Shown here piece after piece: positions 1-14,576 of a stretch of DNA of 64,000 nt. Numbering within the stretch: the stretch's first letter is position 1; each line of letters opens with the position of its first letter. The DNA is from Octopus sinensis (Eukaryota), in assembly GCF_006345805.1 (NCBI RefSeq), contig NC_042997.1:178684001-178748000 (forward strand), written 5' to 3'. The notes under the pieces were generated by a model, which saw only the letters and a list, made by a program, of their open reading frames with translations, was not told the origin of the DNA and searched no databases. Both the position numbers and the translations under genes were made by a program.

Positions 1-92
1 TTTCGACATATGTTTCGAAGGCTGCATATTCCTAATTGTGAAGGAATAAGGAGTACATTAGGAATATGCAGCCTTCGAAACATATGTCGAAA
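1..92. repeat. Perfect 36-bp inverted repeat with 20-nt spacer
   Basis: 1-36 is the exact reverse complement of 57-92. Confidence 0.97.
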
Positions 93-296
93 ATAAAGGA
101 AATTTGTTAATTTGTCGTTCAACTCCATTCTTTCATTTATTCAAAAATTTTATAAAAATACACACAAATTTCCACATGAAAACACGTAGTCTCTGCCCTA
201 GGCACGTAACTTCAACCGTGTTATTTCTGATGTGAATTTGCTACCCAGGTATCGGTTAAACGAATTATCCATAAAAATATATTTCATTTTTCTACT

Positions 297-354
<58 letters not shown>

Positions 355-1296
355 ACACACACACATACATATACATAGACGAACAACATTTCTGTTTTGG
401 TAGTCAGAAGAATCATGCATGAGGAGAAATTTTCAGTAACAATAGTAGCCTAATTTCAGCTTCGAACAAATATGTATGCATGCATGTATGTATGTATGTA
501 TGTATGTATGTATGTATGTATGTATGTATGTATGTATGTATGTATGTATGTATGTATGCATATATATATATTTATATACGTACATATATATATATAATAT
601 ATATATATATATAATATATATATATATACACATACTTACATACATATCTAATATACATACTTACACACACACTACACATACGCATAGCTATATGTTCCAG
701 GAGGCTATCAGGTTGTCGAATACAAAGCTTCATTAAATGCTTATACCACGGCATACACACACACACACATATACATATATATATATATAAATTATATATA
801 TACATATATGTACGCACACACGCACACACACACTTACACATTCATACAAACATAGCTTTCCATGGACACAAGCACAATTCCCACACGCCCACACATACAC
901 ACACAACTTTCTTATGCCTTTTTAAGAGAACGGCCTCCGAATTAGCAAACCGTGATTCTGTGACCTGGTCACATCCCGTTCCTACATCATTAAAGATTAA
1001 GTGACATAAAGTTCCGTCTTCGCTAATCAACACTGGATCAAGGATTTGGTATTATGTTCTTTTTGCTTACTCGAAGGAGCCTGATTACTGGAGGACTTTC
1101 GTTTAATCTGATATTAGCCGCAGGCTTAATTTAATAACAAGAACAGAATTTCAAAGGTTAAGTATGACTTATGTGGATTGTGATTAAATATCGATAATTT
1201 TCTTGATGTTATTATAAACACATTTGTTAAAACTAGATTTGGATATGATATGTTGATATGAGTTAACGATTAAACGCTAATATTATATTGATCTTT

Positions 1297-1485
1297 TAAG
1301 GCGGCGAGCTGGAAGAATCGTTAGCACGCCGGGCAAAATGCTTTATGTTCTGAGTTCAAATTCCGCTGAGGCTGACCTTGCTTCTAATCCTTTCGAGGTT
1401 GATAAAATAAGCACAAGTTGAGACCTTGGGTCGATGTAATCAACTTACTACCCTCCTCGAACTTTCTGGCCTTGTCTCAAAATTT
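1297..1485 (+). mobile_element. tRNA-derived SINE (family A)
   Basis: TAAGGCGGCGAGCTGG..GAATCGTTAGCACGCCGGGCAAAATGC..GAGTTCAAATTCCGC..GTTGATAAAATAAG. The same consensus recurs more than 20 times in the window. Confidence 0.85.
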
Positions 1486-4400
1486 GAGACAATTACATTA
1501 TATTGATGTTTTATTTATGAAATTTATTCCAGGATTCACGCCAACATTTCTATCGGTTTATATTTACATCTTAAGTTCAATTCGTAAGACGAAGAACAGG
1601 TGACTTTGTCAAATCGATATCAAAGCCTGTTTTTCGTTCCTTGATATGCTACGAATAGTAGCGAAATTTCCCCCAAATTACACATTGGACAATGCGGTTC
1701 CTTGTACCCTATGCTTGAAAATAAAACAAACAATATAGTCACAGGTGTAATTCTTTTAATAATAGTTTTGCTTGATGTGAGCTGATCTTGGTTATAAAAC
1801 AAGAACAGTAACAACAGCAAAAATTATTACTACTACTACTACTAATATCGTGTTTTATTGATCAGAGGGCCTGGGTGGATAACGCTGATTCCTACAGGAG
1901 TTTGAACTCGCCAACCCGCTTCTTTAAGGTATTTTTTATAACGTGTCAATGTATTGGAATATTATATATTTTCGTATATAAAAAGTTAAGCCTTTGACGA
2001 GGTAGGGATGTATTTATTTTAATACGCACTCTATCCAGTTCTGGGCGCTACCAGCTTAGTTTTCATACTATCCTATTTTCCTATTAAAATAAAATGATTT
2101 GGAGCGTAAAGATGAGGTAAGCTCATAATATATATCATATACAATGTCTTCTATAATATATCTTGACGGTGAAAAAATAATTTTCTCTTGTAGCTAGTTG
2201 ATTCTAATAATTAGTAGAAATAAAAAATATATTGTTAAATTTTTAAAGGTGATAACACATGAAAACAAAATACTCCAGAAACTCCCTTAAATGTCTTACT
2301 AAGTGTAGTACATTTATTTTTACTTCAAGAAACAAGTGGAGATGCCTCAATATTTTATTGTGTTTAGCACGATATATTTTTCCGAACTCGGCCATCTTCG
2401 TATTTATCTGAATGCCATCAATGTGTTATACTGATGTTGTTCTTATTTTCAATAAGCAATACAACCCCCCTTAGAAAAGTTGGGAACGAGTTTAATTAAA
2501 ATAAATCAATAATTTGATTCTTTATGATTAACGTATTTTTTCTAAATGTATTTCCTCTTCATAGAAATTGCTTAAGAATTAACATTTTCGAAACAGTTTA
2601 TTCTGTTTTCCCCATTTTATTTTTGCTTTTCTTCTGCGAAATAACACTATATTTCTAAAATGTTAATGCTTCTTCAGGAAAATAGAGATTGCCTTAAAAT
2701 TCATTGTAAAATGTAAGAAAATCGAGGACATTTTCTTTATACTACATTGCATTAATAAGAAACATTTTAGTAAATAAGTACCTTGGAAATTAATCATTAA
2801 ATATTCAATGACTACTAGCAGCAATATTTCATACACAGGCCAAAAAGCCAAAGTTTTGGCGTGTGGTCTAGTCGATTATATCGCTGCCACAACTTTACTG
2901 ATACTTATTTCATCGACTCAGCTGGATGAAAGCAAAGTCAACCGCATCACAAGAGATTTCTAAAATAAATATAATGACATAAATTTTAAGTGAGATGAAT
3001 AGCCCATTACTGCGATCCCATTTAATGACAGGCATTTATTTTATTGATGTTTGAATTCACAACGTAAAGGTAACCTCACTCACAGCGGTAGAGTATTTTG
3101 CCCGATGCTATGCAGATTATGATAAATGTATCCTCGCTTCTGCTGGTAATATTAATAACAATTTCTAATATAGACATAAGTCCTTAAATTTTGTGAACGA
3201 GTATAGTTTGTTATGAATATTTATTTTATCGACCCAAAGAAACGCAAAGCTGATCTTGGCCGGATTTATAATCAGAAAATATGGGCTATAACCAGATACT
3301 GCTAATAGTTTTGTTCGCCGCATTTCCGATTCAGTTTTAGTGATTATCCCAAAGTCTACTTGTGACAAGTTGTGCTTATTTAGACAACATTCATAATCTG
3401 GTAATATTCCATTCTCACATGGGGAAGATTAGTCTATATTTCCGAAGTAAATTTATGTTCGTTAACATGATGTCATTAAAATATCAATAATTTATAATGA
3501 AGCACAGGATATATATAACAAAAGACGTAATTTCTTTAAAGAAAATCATAACGCAACACGTCATATTCAGCTTTTGTTTACGCCTGTGTTAGCTATACTG
3601 TCCCTTTATTCATATTCCTTCTGAATGAGCAAAACTATGATTTAAACTGTAAACCAAATAACTATATTATTATGAAACTAACAAATAAATTAGAGCAACA
3701 TTTACAACCTATTACAGTCGCTCATTGTTCAAACCGTTTAAAAGCTAAGGAAGATGTCTCTGAAGCCACAAATGTTGAAATTCTGTGGTGTTATATTTAA
3801 TTAATTAGACAATAATAACCATTGGGGTTTTCAAACATCTTTTGATAATATTAGTAATTGGAAGTTGCAGAATTTATCACGGAAATAATCGAATAATTCA
3901 TTAACATGATATTAAGGAAAACGAAATGACTAACGTGTTATGAATTATCTAAAATTTCTCATTTATCTCTACACCTCACAAATTTTCCCGACCTTCCAGA
4001 AATAAAAGCTAAATTTCCATTAAAATATCACTAGCATCTCTTTAAATGAGGTTGTGCACATTAGATAATGTCGTTCTAAATACATACATAAGGGCCAAGA
4101 GAAAGATGGAATAGTTAATCATAGTCGTTACGCCTTTGATAGCAAGACTGGGTTGATTCGAAGAAGAAAAGTTGGATAAAGCATGTGTGGAGGACTCGTT
4201 AACATATTAAATGTAATAACAATAGCAGGAAAACTTTGTTTCCAAAGTAAATGTCAACGATGAATTATATTGCTTTATATTGTTTTGAGTTTAGTGAATT
4301 AAAACACAGCGACGTGAGATAAAGACTTAGTAGTGAGACTTAAAGCTCAATTTTGAGAATATTATGCAATACTGAGATGAAAATTTAAATCAATAAGTAC

Positions 4401-5568
4401 AGCAAGTTGCTTGAAAGGAAATACATCTGCTCAAATATTTCATTACGTTCAAATTTCACTAGAGTTGCATATGCTTTTCATTTTCCAGCTCTCCACTTGA
4501 GACAATAAAATAAATGAGGTAATACACTAGTTTAGGCAAAAACTAATATTACTTTTCTTTGAAAGATTTCGCATTATATAACTCGCCAAAAGAAACAGCA
4601 ATGTCCGTCACTAACTTGGAAACGAATGAAATGAAAATCGATAGACTGGTGTCACTAACATCTCGAAACAAATAAACAAACCACAGTTATTTTCACAATT
4701 CTTATTTATTTGAATTTAAAAAAATATGACTGTTGCAAAAAAAAAAAAAGAAATTGGAGAGAAAAATACTTCAAGTGCTGGCAAAGAAGTCCTTCCTCAG
4801 TTTGGTTAAGTAGAAATATCGTCTCACTGTTGATATTCTCTGGAAATTATCAATGATTCACAGTGATTACAACGCATACTCAATCTGCGATTAAATAACA
4901 GGTATATGCTATGTTTGTATGAACATGATAAAAAATATCTTTTTCCTTATATTAATATACTGTCTCAAATTAACGAGTGTGAGGTCTAGCCGAATAAATT
5001 GATTTCAGTATATTACTGCTATATATTTCATCGACATCCTTAAAGGAATTAAAACTGAAATTCAGGAAGGTCAGAATTCAGAGCGTAGAGGAAGAAAACT
5101 AAATATTAGTTTAGTCCAGAAAATCTGAAGTTTCTGCCTAACCCACACAGTCCTTTCTACGATCATCATAATTTACTTTCTTATATTGACATGAGAAAAC
5201 GCTGAAAAGATTGAGGAGACAAATTCCTCTTCGGTCAAGCCCTATTCAAACATCTTCAAACTAAATTTTGAGACGGATGAGCACAGGGTGGAGAGGAAGC
5301 TACTGCTCTCCATCAAATTTGCTGGAAAGTGAGAGTGACGTCGGTGACCCGAGTGAATGGGTCCGCAGATTTGAGGACACTGCTGGAAGAGGATACTTTC
5401 TAGTGGCAGTGAATGTATCCGAGGGTTTGTGAATTCCTCGAGTGGTTACAAGTGGCTATCGTCCTGTTGCGTCTTTCATAACATTTCCTGGTCTAATAAT
5501 GTTCCTTATACTTGTTTTCTCATACTCCTAGTTTATGCATCGTCCCAACGGTTTTGTATACTTGTATG

Positions 5569-5569
<1 letters not shown>

Positions 5570-5639
<70 letters not shown>

Positions 5640-5750
5640 GTTATTATTATTATTGAGTGAGAGAGCAGTGCATGCCATAAAAGTGACACTGGGGTGAAGT
5701 ATACGAAGCCCAGTATACCCATCATGACTACCCGTCTGATAAGGGTACAC

Positions 5751-5814
<64 letters not shown>

Positions 5815-6518
5815 GAATGACAGAACAGTGCATGCCATCAAAGTGGCTATATTATTATCATTATTATTTACTTTTAATCTGTATGTTTGAAGACGTCGCA
5901 CGGTATTCCATATCGTGATGTTGTGGCTTCAAGACTTTGCGTCTACCGGTGGTTTGTACTGTCTGTCAAGTCACAAGGACCCGATAGACATTACTTACGC
6001 AATCTTTATTATTATTATTATCATTATTGTTATTATTATTGATATTGTTGTTGTTTTTGTTGTTGTTGGTAAGGCGACGAGCGGGCAGAATCGTTGGCAC
6101 ACCGGATAAAATGCTTAGCTGCATTTTCTCCGCCTTCTCGTTCTGGGTTCAAATTCCACCGAGGTCGAGTTTGGATTTCATCCTTTCGGGTTCGATAAAA
6201 TAAGCATCAGTTGACTACTGAGGTCAATGTAATCGACTGGCTCACAGTCCCCCCCCACTAAAGATTTCAAGCCTTGAGCCTATGTTAGAAAAGATTATTT
6301 TTATTATTGTTATGATGTTATTATTAATGCAGAGGATTGGCTAAATCGTTAGAGCGTTGGTATTTCTACCTGCTTTTTACACTCTGCGTTCATATCCCAT
6401 CGAAGACAACTTTGCATTTTATCATTTCGTGGTCGACAAGTAAAATGCCAGTCAAATGTCAATCAGTTTACTCACCTTCCCTCGAAACTGGTGTCCTTAT
6501 ACCAACATTTTAAGAGCA

Positions 6519-6585
<67 letters not shown>

Positions 6586-6596
6586 CATTATTATTA

Positions 6597-6641
<45 letters not shown>

Positions 6642-6927
6642 CATTGTTATTATCATTATTATTAATATTATTATAATTATTATTATTATTGTTGTTGTTA
6701 TTATTATTATGAGAGCGGTTAGCTGGTAGATTTGTTAGATTGTCGGACAGAGTACCTTGCAGTATTTTTCCGGCTCGTCACGTCATGAACTCGAATGTTG
6801 CCGATTTGAATTTACTATTTCTCCCTTTCTGGGTCAAAAAATGAAAAATTCCCAGTAGTACTGGAGTTGGTTATTATTTATTTATTTATAAGGATTTTTA
6901 TTGTGTTATTATTATTATCATTGTTAC

Positions 6928-6966
<39 letters not shown>

Positions 6967-7000
6967 GGAATATTTTGATGATCTTGAATTTTCTAAGTTT
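5570..7000. repeat. (ATT)n microsatellite field with interspersed SINEs
   Basis: Multiple pure ATT runs, e.g. 5570-5655, 5752-5813, 6520-6710; source of the poly-L/I/Y/N ORFs. Confidence 0.95.
6070..6290 (+). mobile_element. Family A SINE (further degraded copies at about 6325-6500 and 6710-6860)
   Basis: Same consensus, B-box GGGTTCAAATTCC; interspersed with (ATT)n. Confidence 0.8.
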
Positions 7001-7454
7001 ATGTGAAGTGAAGAAATGAAAATAGTTTCCATCAGGTACTGAAAACGGTTTATCAAATTTTTCCTTTTGGGATCTTACCTTTTTTTTACTTACTCTATAG
7101 ATTCTATCAATTTATATATGAGTATGACAATAATGGCTGTTTGAAATGCAGTACAGAACGGATTAAAAAAAAAAGAACAGCAAAAAATAAAATGTAAACA
7201 AAACCAAAATTATACGAAAAAACATAGGAGAGTGGGTTGAAAAGAAAAATAATTTTCTCTTTCAAACATTATTTCCTATTTTTAAAAAAGACAAGAACAA
7301 CAATATTTTCTGGAAATCTTTCATTTCTTAATGGGATAAAAAACTGATCGATATATATATATATAATATATATATACATATATATAGGTGGTGTGTATGT
7401 GTGTGTGTATGTGTGCATTCATATATATATGCATTTTATATATATATATATATC

Positions 7455-7485
<31 letters not shown>

Positions 7486-7517
7486 TATATATATACATAG
7501 GTATATATATATTTAGG

Positions 7518-7565
<48 letters not shown>

Positions 7566-8220
7566 TATATATATATATATGCATACACGCATACACATAC
7601 ATATATATCACACAATAAATGGATTGTATTTATTTAATGCAATTATTTTTTTATTGAGAGTAAATTTTTCAGCAGCAGAGTAAAAAATATACGAAAAAAG
7701 AAATTGAAAATTAAGAAACAAAAACAATAAAATTAGATGCTATTTTTTTTTAAATAGGTATTTTTCTTTATTATTATTTAACCGGGCTGCAGTCCCTTTA
7801 TGTTTAAAACGCGAAGACATATGGAAGCTGTGTCATCCGCCATCTTGGATTTTCCACGTGCACTATTACTAGTGGCGTAATTTAAGTGGATTGGAATCAA
7901 CATAGGATTTAAAACGTGGTCGTAGTTTCGATTTTGGTTATAGATTTCTTATTCTACAATACTAAGTATTCTTTTAAATTTTGATCTATGTCTGTATTGG
8001 TTACTGGTTTATTATACATAAGAGAATAGTTTGATTAAATAATATCACAATAAAATAAAAAAACGAAAAATGAATAAAATATACCTGAAAATGTAAGTTA
8101 AAATTTTCAATATTAAAAAATAGGAATGGAACCTCGGAGAATTTTAAATATTGAAAATTTTAGATAAAACTCTTGAATCATAAAAGAAAGGATATAATTT
8201 TTTTAAACTTTCTAAAAGAA

Positions 8221-8260
<40 letters not shown>

Positions 8261-8263
<3 letters not shown>

Positions 8264-8748
8264 CAATTACGATATCTTACGTGAACCAAGGAACATGTTT
8301 TTGCGGGAAATGAAACCCAGTACTTGAATGGTACTTTTTTTCAACGATCTCAAAAGGATGAAGGGCAAAATTAACTCCAGTAGGATTTGATCTCACATCT
8401 TAGGAGCTGGAAGACATAAAGCGAGACATCTTGTCCGACGGACGCTCTAACTATTCTACTAATCCACCATCCTTAATGTTAATAATAATAGGGGTTTCAA
8501 ATTTTGGCACAAGGCCAGTAAGTTCATGGGCGGGGTTAAGTAGATTACATCAATCCTAGTACTTGATTGGTAATTATTTTATCGGCACCAAAAGGGATGA
8601 AAGGTAAAGTCGTCTTCGGCGGAATTTGAACTCAGAACGTAAAGACCGATAAATTACCGTTGAGCATTTGCCCGGGCTGCTAACGATACTGCCAGTTCGC
8701 CGTATTAATAATAATAATAATGATAATAATAATAATAATAATATAATA

Positions 8749-8779
<31 letters not shown>

Positions 8780-9353
8780 TTCATTTATTTTCCACAAGGG
8801 CGAAGGATGAGGGGGACAATACAAAGACAGACATAAAATGTGGGGGGTTTAATAATAATATCTTTTATATTCTTTAATAATGATTTCTTTTAATAACAAT
8901 AATAACAATAACAATAATAATAATAATTTCTAACGTACGCAAATAAGTATAAATTATTATGATTATTAAATTCATTATTGTTATTATCATTTACATTAAT
9001 GTATGGAATTTGGAACGATTCTTACGCTTCTTGCTTTATTTTCTTGGCGCGAAAAATTGTAGTTTAATGTTCCGCAGAATGTATTCTAAATTGCAAGAAA
9101 TGAAAACTACATACAGGTCAGTTTCTGCCATTGAAGTTCAGCGTCTAGCCAGTAACAGGGGAGATTATGGAGATACATAATTGTGTTGAGTTTTCTCTCT
9201 CAATGTAATTTTTGCTTTTTTAAAAAAATTAAAGTTTATAAATGTAGATTTACACAGACATTTACGCATAATTAACCAGACGCTACCATGAAAATGTATA
9301 CTAAAAATTTTGAAGGTGAATACATGCCTTACTTGCATGCATCACACACTGAC

Positions 9354-9405
<52 letters not shown>

Positions 9406-9863
9406 CAATTACGATATCTTACGTGAACCAAGGAACATGTTTTTGCGGGAAATGAAACCCAGTACTTGAATGGTACTTTTTTTCAACGATCTCAAAAGGA
9501 TGAAGGGCAAAATTACTCCAGTAGGATTTGATCTCACATCTTAGGAGCTGGAAGACATAAAGCGAGACATCTTGTCCGACGGACGCTCTAACTATTCTAC
9601 TAATCCACCATCCTTAATGTTAATAATAATAGGGGTTTCAAATTTTGGCACAAGGCCAGTAAGTTCATGGGCGGGGTTAAGTAGATTACATCAATCCTAG
9701 TACTTGATTGGTAATTATTTTATCGGCACCAAAAGGGATGAAAGGTAAAGTCGTCTTCGGCGGAATTTGAACTCAGAACGTAAAGACCGATAAATTACCG
9801 TTGAGCATTTGCCCGGGCTGCTAACGATACTGCCAGTTCGCCGTATTAATAATAATAATAATG

Positions 9864-9919
<56 letters not shown>

Positions 9920-10500
9920 TTCATTTATTTTCCACAAGGGCGAAGGATGAGGGGGACAATACAAAGACAGACATAAAATGTGGGGGGTTTAATAATAATA
10001 TCTTTTATATTCTTTAATAATGATTTCTTTTAATAACAATAATAACAATAACAATAATAATAATAATTTCTAACGTACGCAAATAAGTATAAATTATTAT
10101 GATTATTAAATTCATTATTGTTATTATCATTTACATTAATGTATGGAATTTGGAACGATTCTTACGCTTCTTGCTTTATTTTCTTGGCGCGAAAAATTGT
10201 AGTTTAATGTTCCGCAGAATGTATTCTAAATTGCAAGAAATGAAAACTACATACAGGTCAGTTTCTGCCATTGAAGTTCAGCGTCTAGCCAGTAACAGGG
10301 GAGATTATGGAGATACATAATTGTGTTGAGTTTTCTCTCTCAATGTAATTTTTGCTTTTTTAAAAAAATTAAAGTTTATAAATGTAGATTTACACAGACA
10401 TTTACGCATAATTAACCAGACGCTACCATGAAAATGTATACTAAAAATTTTGAAGGTGAATACATGCCTTACTTGCATGCATCACACACTGACATGTATA
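8261..10500. repeat. Near-identical tandem duplication, unit about 1140 bp, bounded by (TA)n
   Basis: 8261-9402 versus 9403-about 10500; identical lines such as 8821 and 9961, and an identical ORF at 8959 and 10099. Confidence 0.97.
8315..8705 (-). mobile_element. Two family A SINE copies (duplicated at about 9455-9845)
   Basis: GGAATTTGAACTCAGAACGTAAAG and GGCAAAATTAACTC..GGATTTGATCTC match the reverse consensus. Confidence 0.75.
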
Positions 10501-10503
10501 TAT

Positions 10504-10553
<50 letters not shown>

Positions 10554-10997
10554 CATACGTACATACATACATACTTACATACATATATATATATACATAT
10601 ATACACACACACACATATATATACTTACACATATATACACACATATATTATATATACTTATACATATATATACACACATACTTATATATATACATGTGCG
10701 TACACATTTTTGTGTTTGTACATATATCTATATCTATTTATCTATATATGTACGCATCTATATAGACAAGTGTACGTACGTATCAATATATATATTATAT
10801 CCCATACAAGTGGAACTGAATCAACGCATGTCCACGTGAATACCAATCATCTGGAGAGTGAATTCTTCAACAACGTCCAAGTGACACAGGCATATAGATG
10901 AATATGTTTACATATAGATAAGCATATATGCGGTAATATGTATATATGCATTCAGGTTCACACAAATACACGCAATCACACAGACATTATTTGTATG

Positions 10998-11040
<43 letters not shown>

Positions 11041-11179
11041 ATATATATAACTGCATATCACCGTGATTTCATAATTAGTGCAGTAATGCACTTTTTAATC
11101 CTCAGTGCAAGCATAATTCAAGATTTATCTGGTATGTTGATTTTGTTCATTCGTTATAAATCTTGAATTTATATATATA

Positions 11180-11228
<49 letters not shown>

Positions 11229-11287
11229 TATATATATATATTATATACATACACACATATATATATATATATATCATATATATATAT

Positions 11288-11382
<95 letters not shown>

Positions 11383-11399
11383 GTTGGTAAAACGGTAAG

Positions 11400-11473
11400 A
11401 TGGCCAGATAACCGAAGAGATGGTGTTGTGGATTTCCACTTCGGCATCCGAAACTCAGTTTTATCTTGGCCAT
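11400..11473 (+). ncRNA. Type-I hammerhead-ribozyme-like motif (U4C variant)
   Basis: ATGGCCA-GATAA-CCGAAGA-GATG..CATC-C-GAA-ACTCAGT-T-TTATC-T-TGGCCAT; stem I of 12 bp with a 1-nt bulge. Confidence 0.7.
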
Positions 11474-11496
11474 TGAATAATTGTCACGTATTAATT

Positions 11497-11540
<44 letters not shown>

Positions 11541-11611
11541 GTATATATATATATATATATATATAATAATATATATATATTATATATATATGTATATATA
11601 TATATATATAT

Positions 11612-11652
<41 letters not shown>

Positions 11653-11706
11653 GTATATATATATATATTATATATATATATAATATATATATATATACAC
11701 ACACAC

Positions 11707-11748
<42 letters not shown>

Positions 11749-13547
11749 GTATGTATGTGTGTATGCATGTAGCATGTATTGCATGTATAGTTGTTTTTTT
11801 TCTTTTCTTTTCTTATAGATCAATGACGAGCTTGATAAATATTATTTGTTAAACAAATGGGCAAAAGCTTTAGCAAAACTCACAACAATAACAGCAATTA
11901 CAGCAACAGCAATGTCTCAGAATATAAGTTTTATCGATATGAGCGAGTAGCATCAACACAGCAACAACAGTAGTAACGGTTATGGACATGAGATATTGGC
12001 TTAAAGACAACTATATTAAATGAAACGTTGATGTTTACGAGGACTAAAATGTATTGTTCCGTTCGGCGTAAAATTGATTTAGTAGTGAATAAGAGAGTGA
12101 TATTCGACTAAATCGTTTCTCATATCTTTACACGTATTTATTTCGGAAAGAGGAGAGGGAGTGTCTCCTCAGTGGGATTCGAACTCTGAATAGTGTAGTA
12201 CAAACACTAGATACGTTAAAGAAACATCTTATAGCAACGCTTGTAACTCAACTAATGATTTCTAACTTCAGAACAAGCGCAGCACTGTTTCAACATATAT
12301 ACGGCAAAGCTATAGAGCACATTTTGAAGAGGTGGAGAAGAGGTCTGTTCAATTGAATCAAGGCCCATACTTCACTTGAATTGCTGCTTATTACACCGCG
12401 AGGAAAAGAATGTAAAACTCGAAATCTGTGGTATCTGAACTCAGAATATAAAGACACGCAATGAAACACTATAAGGCATTTCGTTCGAGATTTTACCATT
12501 TATTTCATTCCACAACTCTCCCTCGCTGTAATAATGAATCCATACTGAAGTACGGTTTATAAGGAATGACGTGTGAGGAATGTAGAAGGCTGTCAAGTAT
12601 TCATACCCTTCTCAAATGCATATTTTCAACTAATCACAAATGGTATGACCACAGCGAAGAATCGAAACTGGCTGGCTGATTCTGAGGATTTCTAGCTAAC
12701 AAGTAGTCTAGGGTTATGATCATATAACTGTTCCATGCATCCAGGAACATTTTTTGAGGTGATTGAAAATTAGGAAGCTATGGAATTCATGCCGTATCCA
12801 ATTGCATTCCTCACACAGAGCTTCCAGTATATGATAAAATTGTTATGGTATGGTACGAATATTACGTCATGAGGATGTCATAGACTGGCATAAGGCCACG
12901 CATTTGTAAGGAGGGATAAATTCTTTTGAATTGACCGACGCCAATATATGACTGGATACTTAATTTTATCGACCAGTCATAAAAAAAGATAAGAGGTTAA
13001 GTCAAATCTGCCGTGATTTGAAATTAGTGGGATGTTATTCAGTCAATACTGTTAAATAGTGTATTTAGTCCGCTGTTCTCAGTTAAGATGCTTTGGATGA
13101 AAAAATAATGATGGATAATACGGAGGATGATGGAAGGAGAGTAAAAATAATCCAAATAAACTGTTGTTGTCGTTAAGTTGTTGGTGTTGTTGTTGTTGTT
13201 GATGATGATGATGATGATGATGATGAAGATGATGGTGTTGATGATAATGATGATGACGACGACGACGACGACAACGATGAAGCTGATGATGAAGAGGTGG
13301 TCGTGATGGTAGAGATTGTAGTGATTATAGAAATCCGGTGTATCGTAAGAGATTCAAAAGAATCTTTGCTGAGAAAGTTTTAAATAAGTTTATGACTTTA
13401 TACCAAATACGATCATAATTGCATTCTTACCTGCTCACTCTGCTCTAAACCCTGGCTATATTAATGAGGACGATAACAGTAGCGATGATAAGGACAACGA
13501 CGATGATGTCGATGACGAAGTATGGCGCCCATGAGTCTAATAACACT

Positions 13548-13862
13548 ATTATTATTTTATGTTTGACTTTTGCTTTGCATTTGTGCAAGTTGGATCCAAG
13601 TCTCACCCAGAGACCTCAAGAGACAACAAGTTAGAAGTTCATTTTGGTGTTATGCCTAGGGTATCATATATTTGGTCTTGAACTTCGTGTTGTACGAGTG
13701 AATGTTTAAGAAACCATAAGAAAATTATGAGTCTGTTTTAAAATTTGAGATTACATAGACAATATTTTACGTAGGATACAGGCAGTTCCCATGAGCACTT
13801 TTGAATTTTTGCCATTTTGGGGTTTCCTGGTATCTGAGATTTTGCTATCTTTCCTAGGGCAC
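13548..13862 (-). mobile_element. 5'-truncated R4/Dong-like non-LTR retrotransposon 3' end (copy 1)
   Basis: KVLMGTACILRKILSM* (stop 13751-13753) plus a 3' UTR similar to copy 2; bounded by (TAA)n. Confidence 0.75.
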
Positions 13863-13884
13863 ATTATTATTATTATTATTATTA

Positions 13885-13944
<60 letters not shown>

Positions 13945-14039
13945 CATCATTATTATTATTATCATTATCATTATTATCATTATTATTGTTATTATTATCA
14001 TCATCATCATCATCACCCACATCATCATCATCATCATTA

Positions 14040-14488
14040 TTATTATTTTATGTTTGACTTTTGCTTTGGATTTCTACAAGTTGGCTCCATGTCTCACCCA
14101 GAGACCTCAAGAGACAACATATTCGAAGTTCATGTTAGTGTTATGCCTAGGGTGCCATATATTTGGTTTTGTACATAGTATTATTCTAGAGAATGTTGAA
14201 GAAATCATAAGAAAATTGTTTGTTTTAAAATGTGAGATTACATTGACACTATTTTACGCAGGATATGGGCAGTTCCCATGAGCACTTTCTTTTGAATCTC
14301 TGCCATTTTGGGGTTTTCTGGTATTTGAGCTAGGTAGGATCAGCACCTTTTCTATCATTCCTAGGGCAACAATAACAAGAGGTACTATTTTAGTCTTCAG
14401 GTTCCACATTTTGCTAATTTCTATTTCAAGATCTTTATACTTGCTCGGTTTTTGGTAGGTCGTGTCAGATACGTTTATACCGAAGGGG
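14040..14488 (-). mobile_element. 5'-truncated R4/Dong-like non-LTR retrotransposon 3' end (copy 2)
   Basis: KPSKYKDLEIEISKMWNLKTKIVPLVIVALGMI...IPENPKMAEIQ/KVLMGTAHILRKIVSM* (stop 14238-14240), the C-terminus of a restriction-like endonuclease; (TAA)n on both sides. Confidence 0.8.
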
Positions 14489-14548
<60 letters not shown>

Positions 14549-14576
14549 ATTATTATTATTATCATTATTATTATTG

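Noticed and set aside
842-1110. ORF LISEDGTLCHLIFNDVG... and a nearby donor, as a possible cytoplasmic-loop exon
   Set aside because: Would need a 38-nt intron and a non-consensus donor; runs into (TG)n; no M4 follows.
12571-12816. 12-bp inverted repeat GTGTGAGGAATG/CATTCCTCACAC
   Set aside because: Short, with poor extension; at best a very old MITE.
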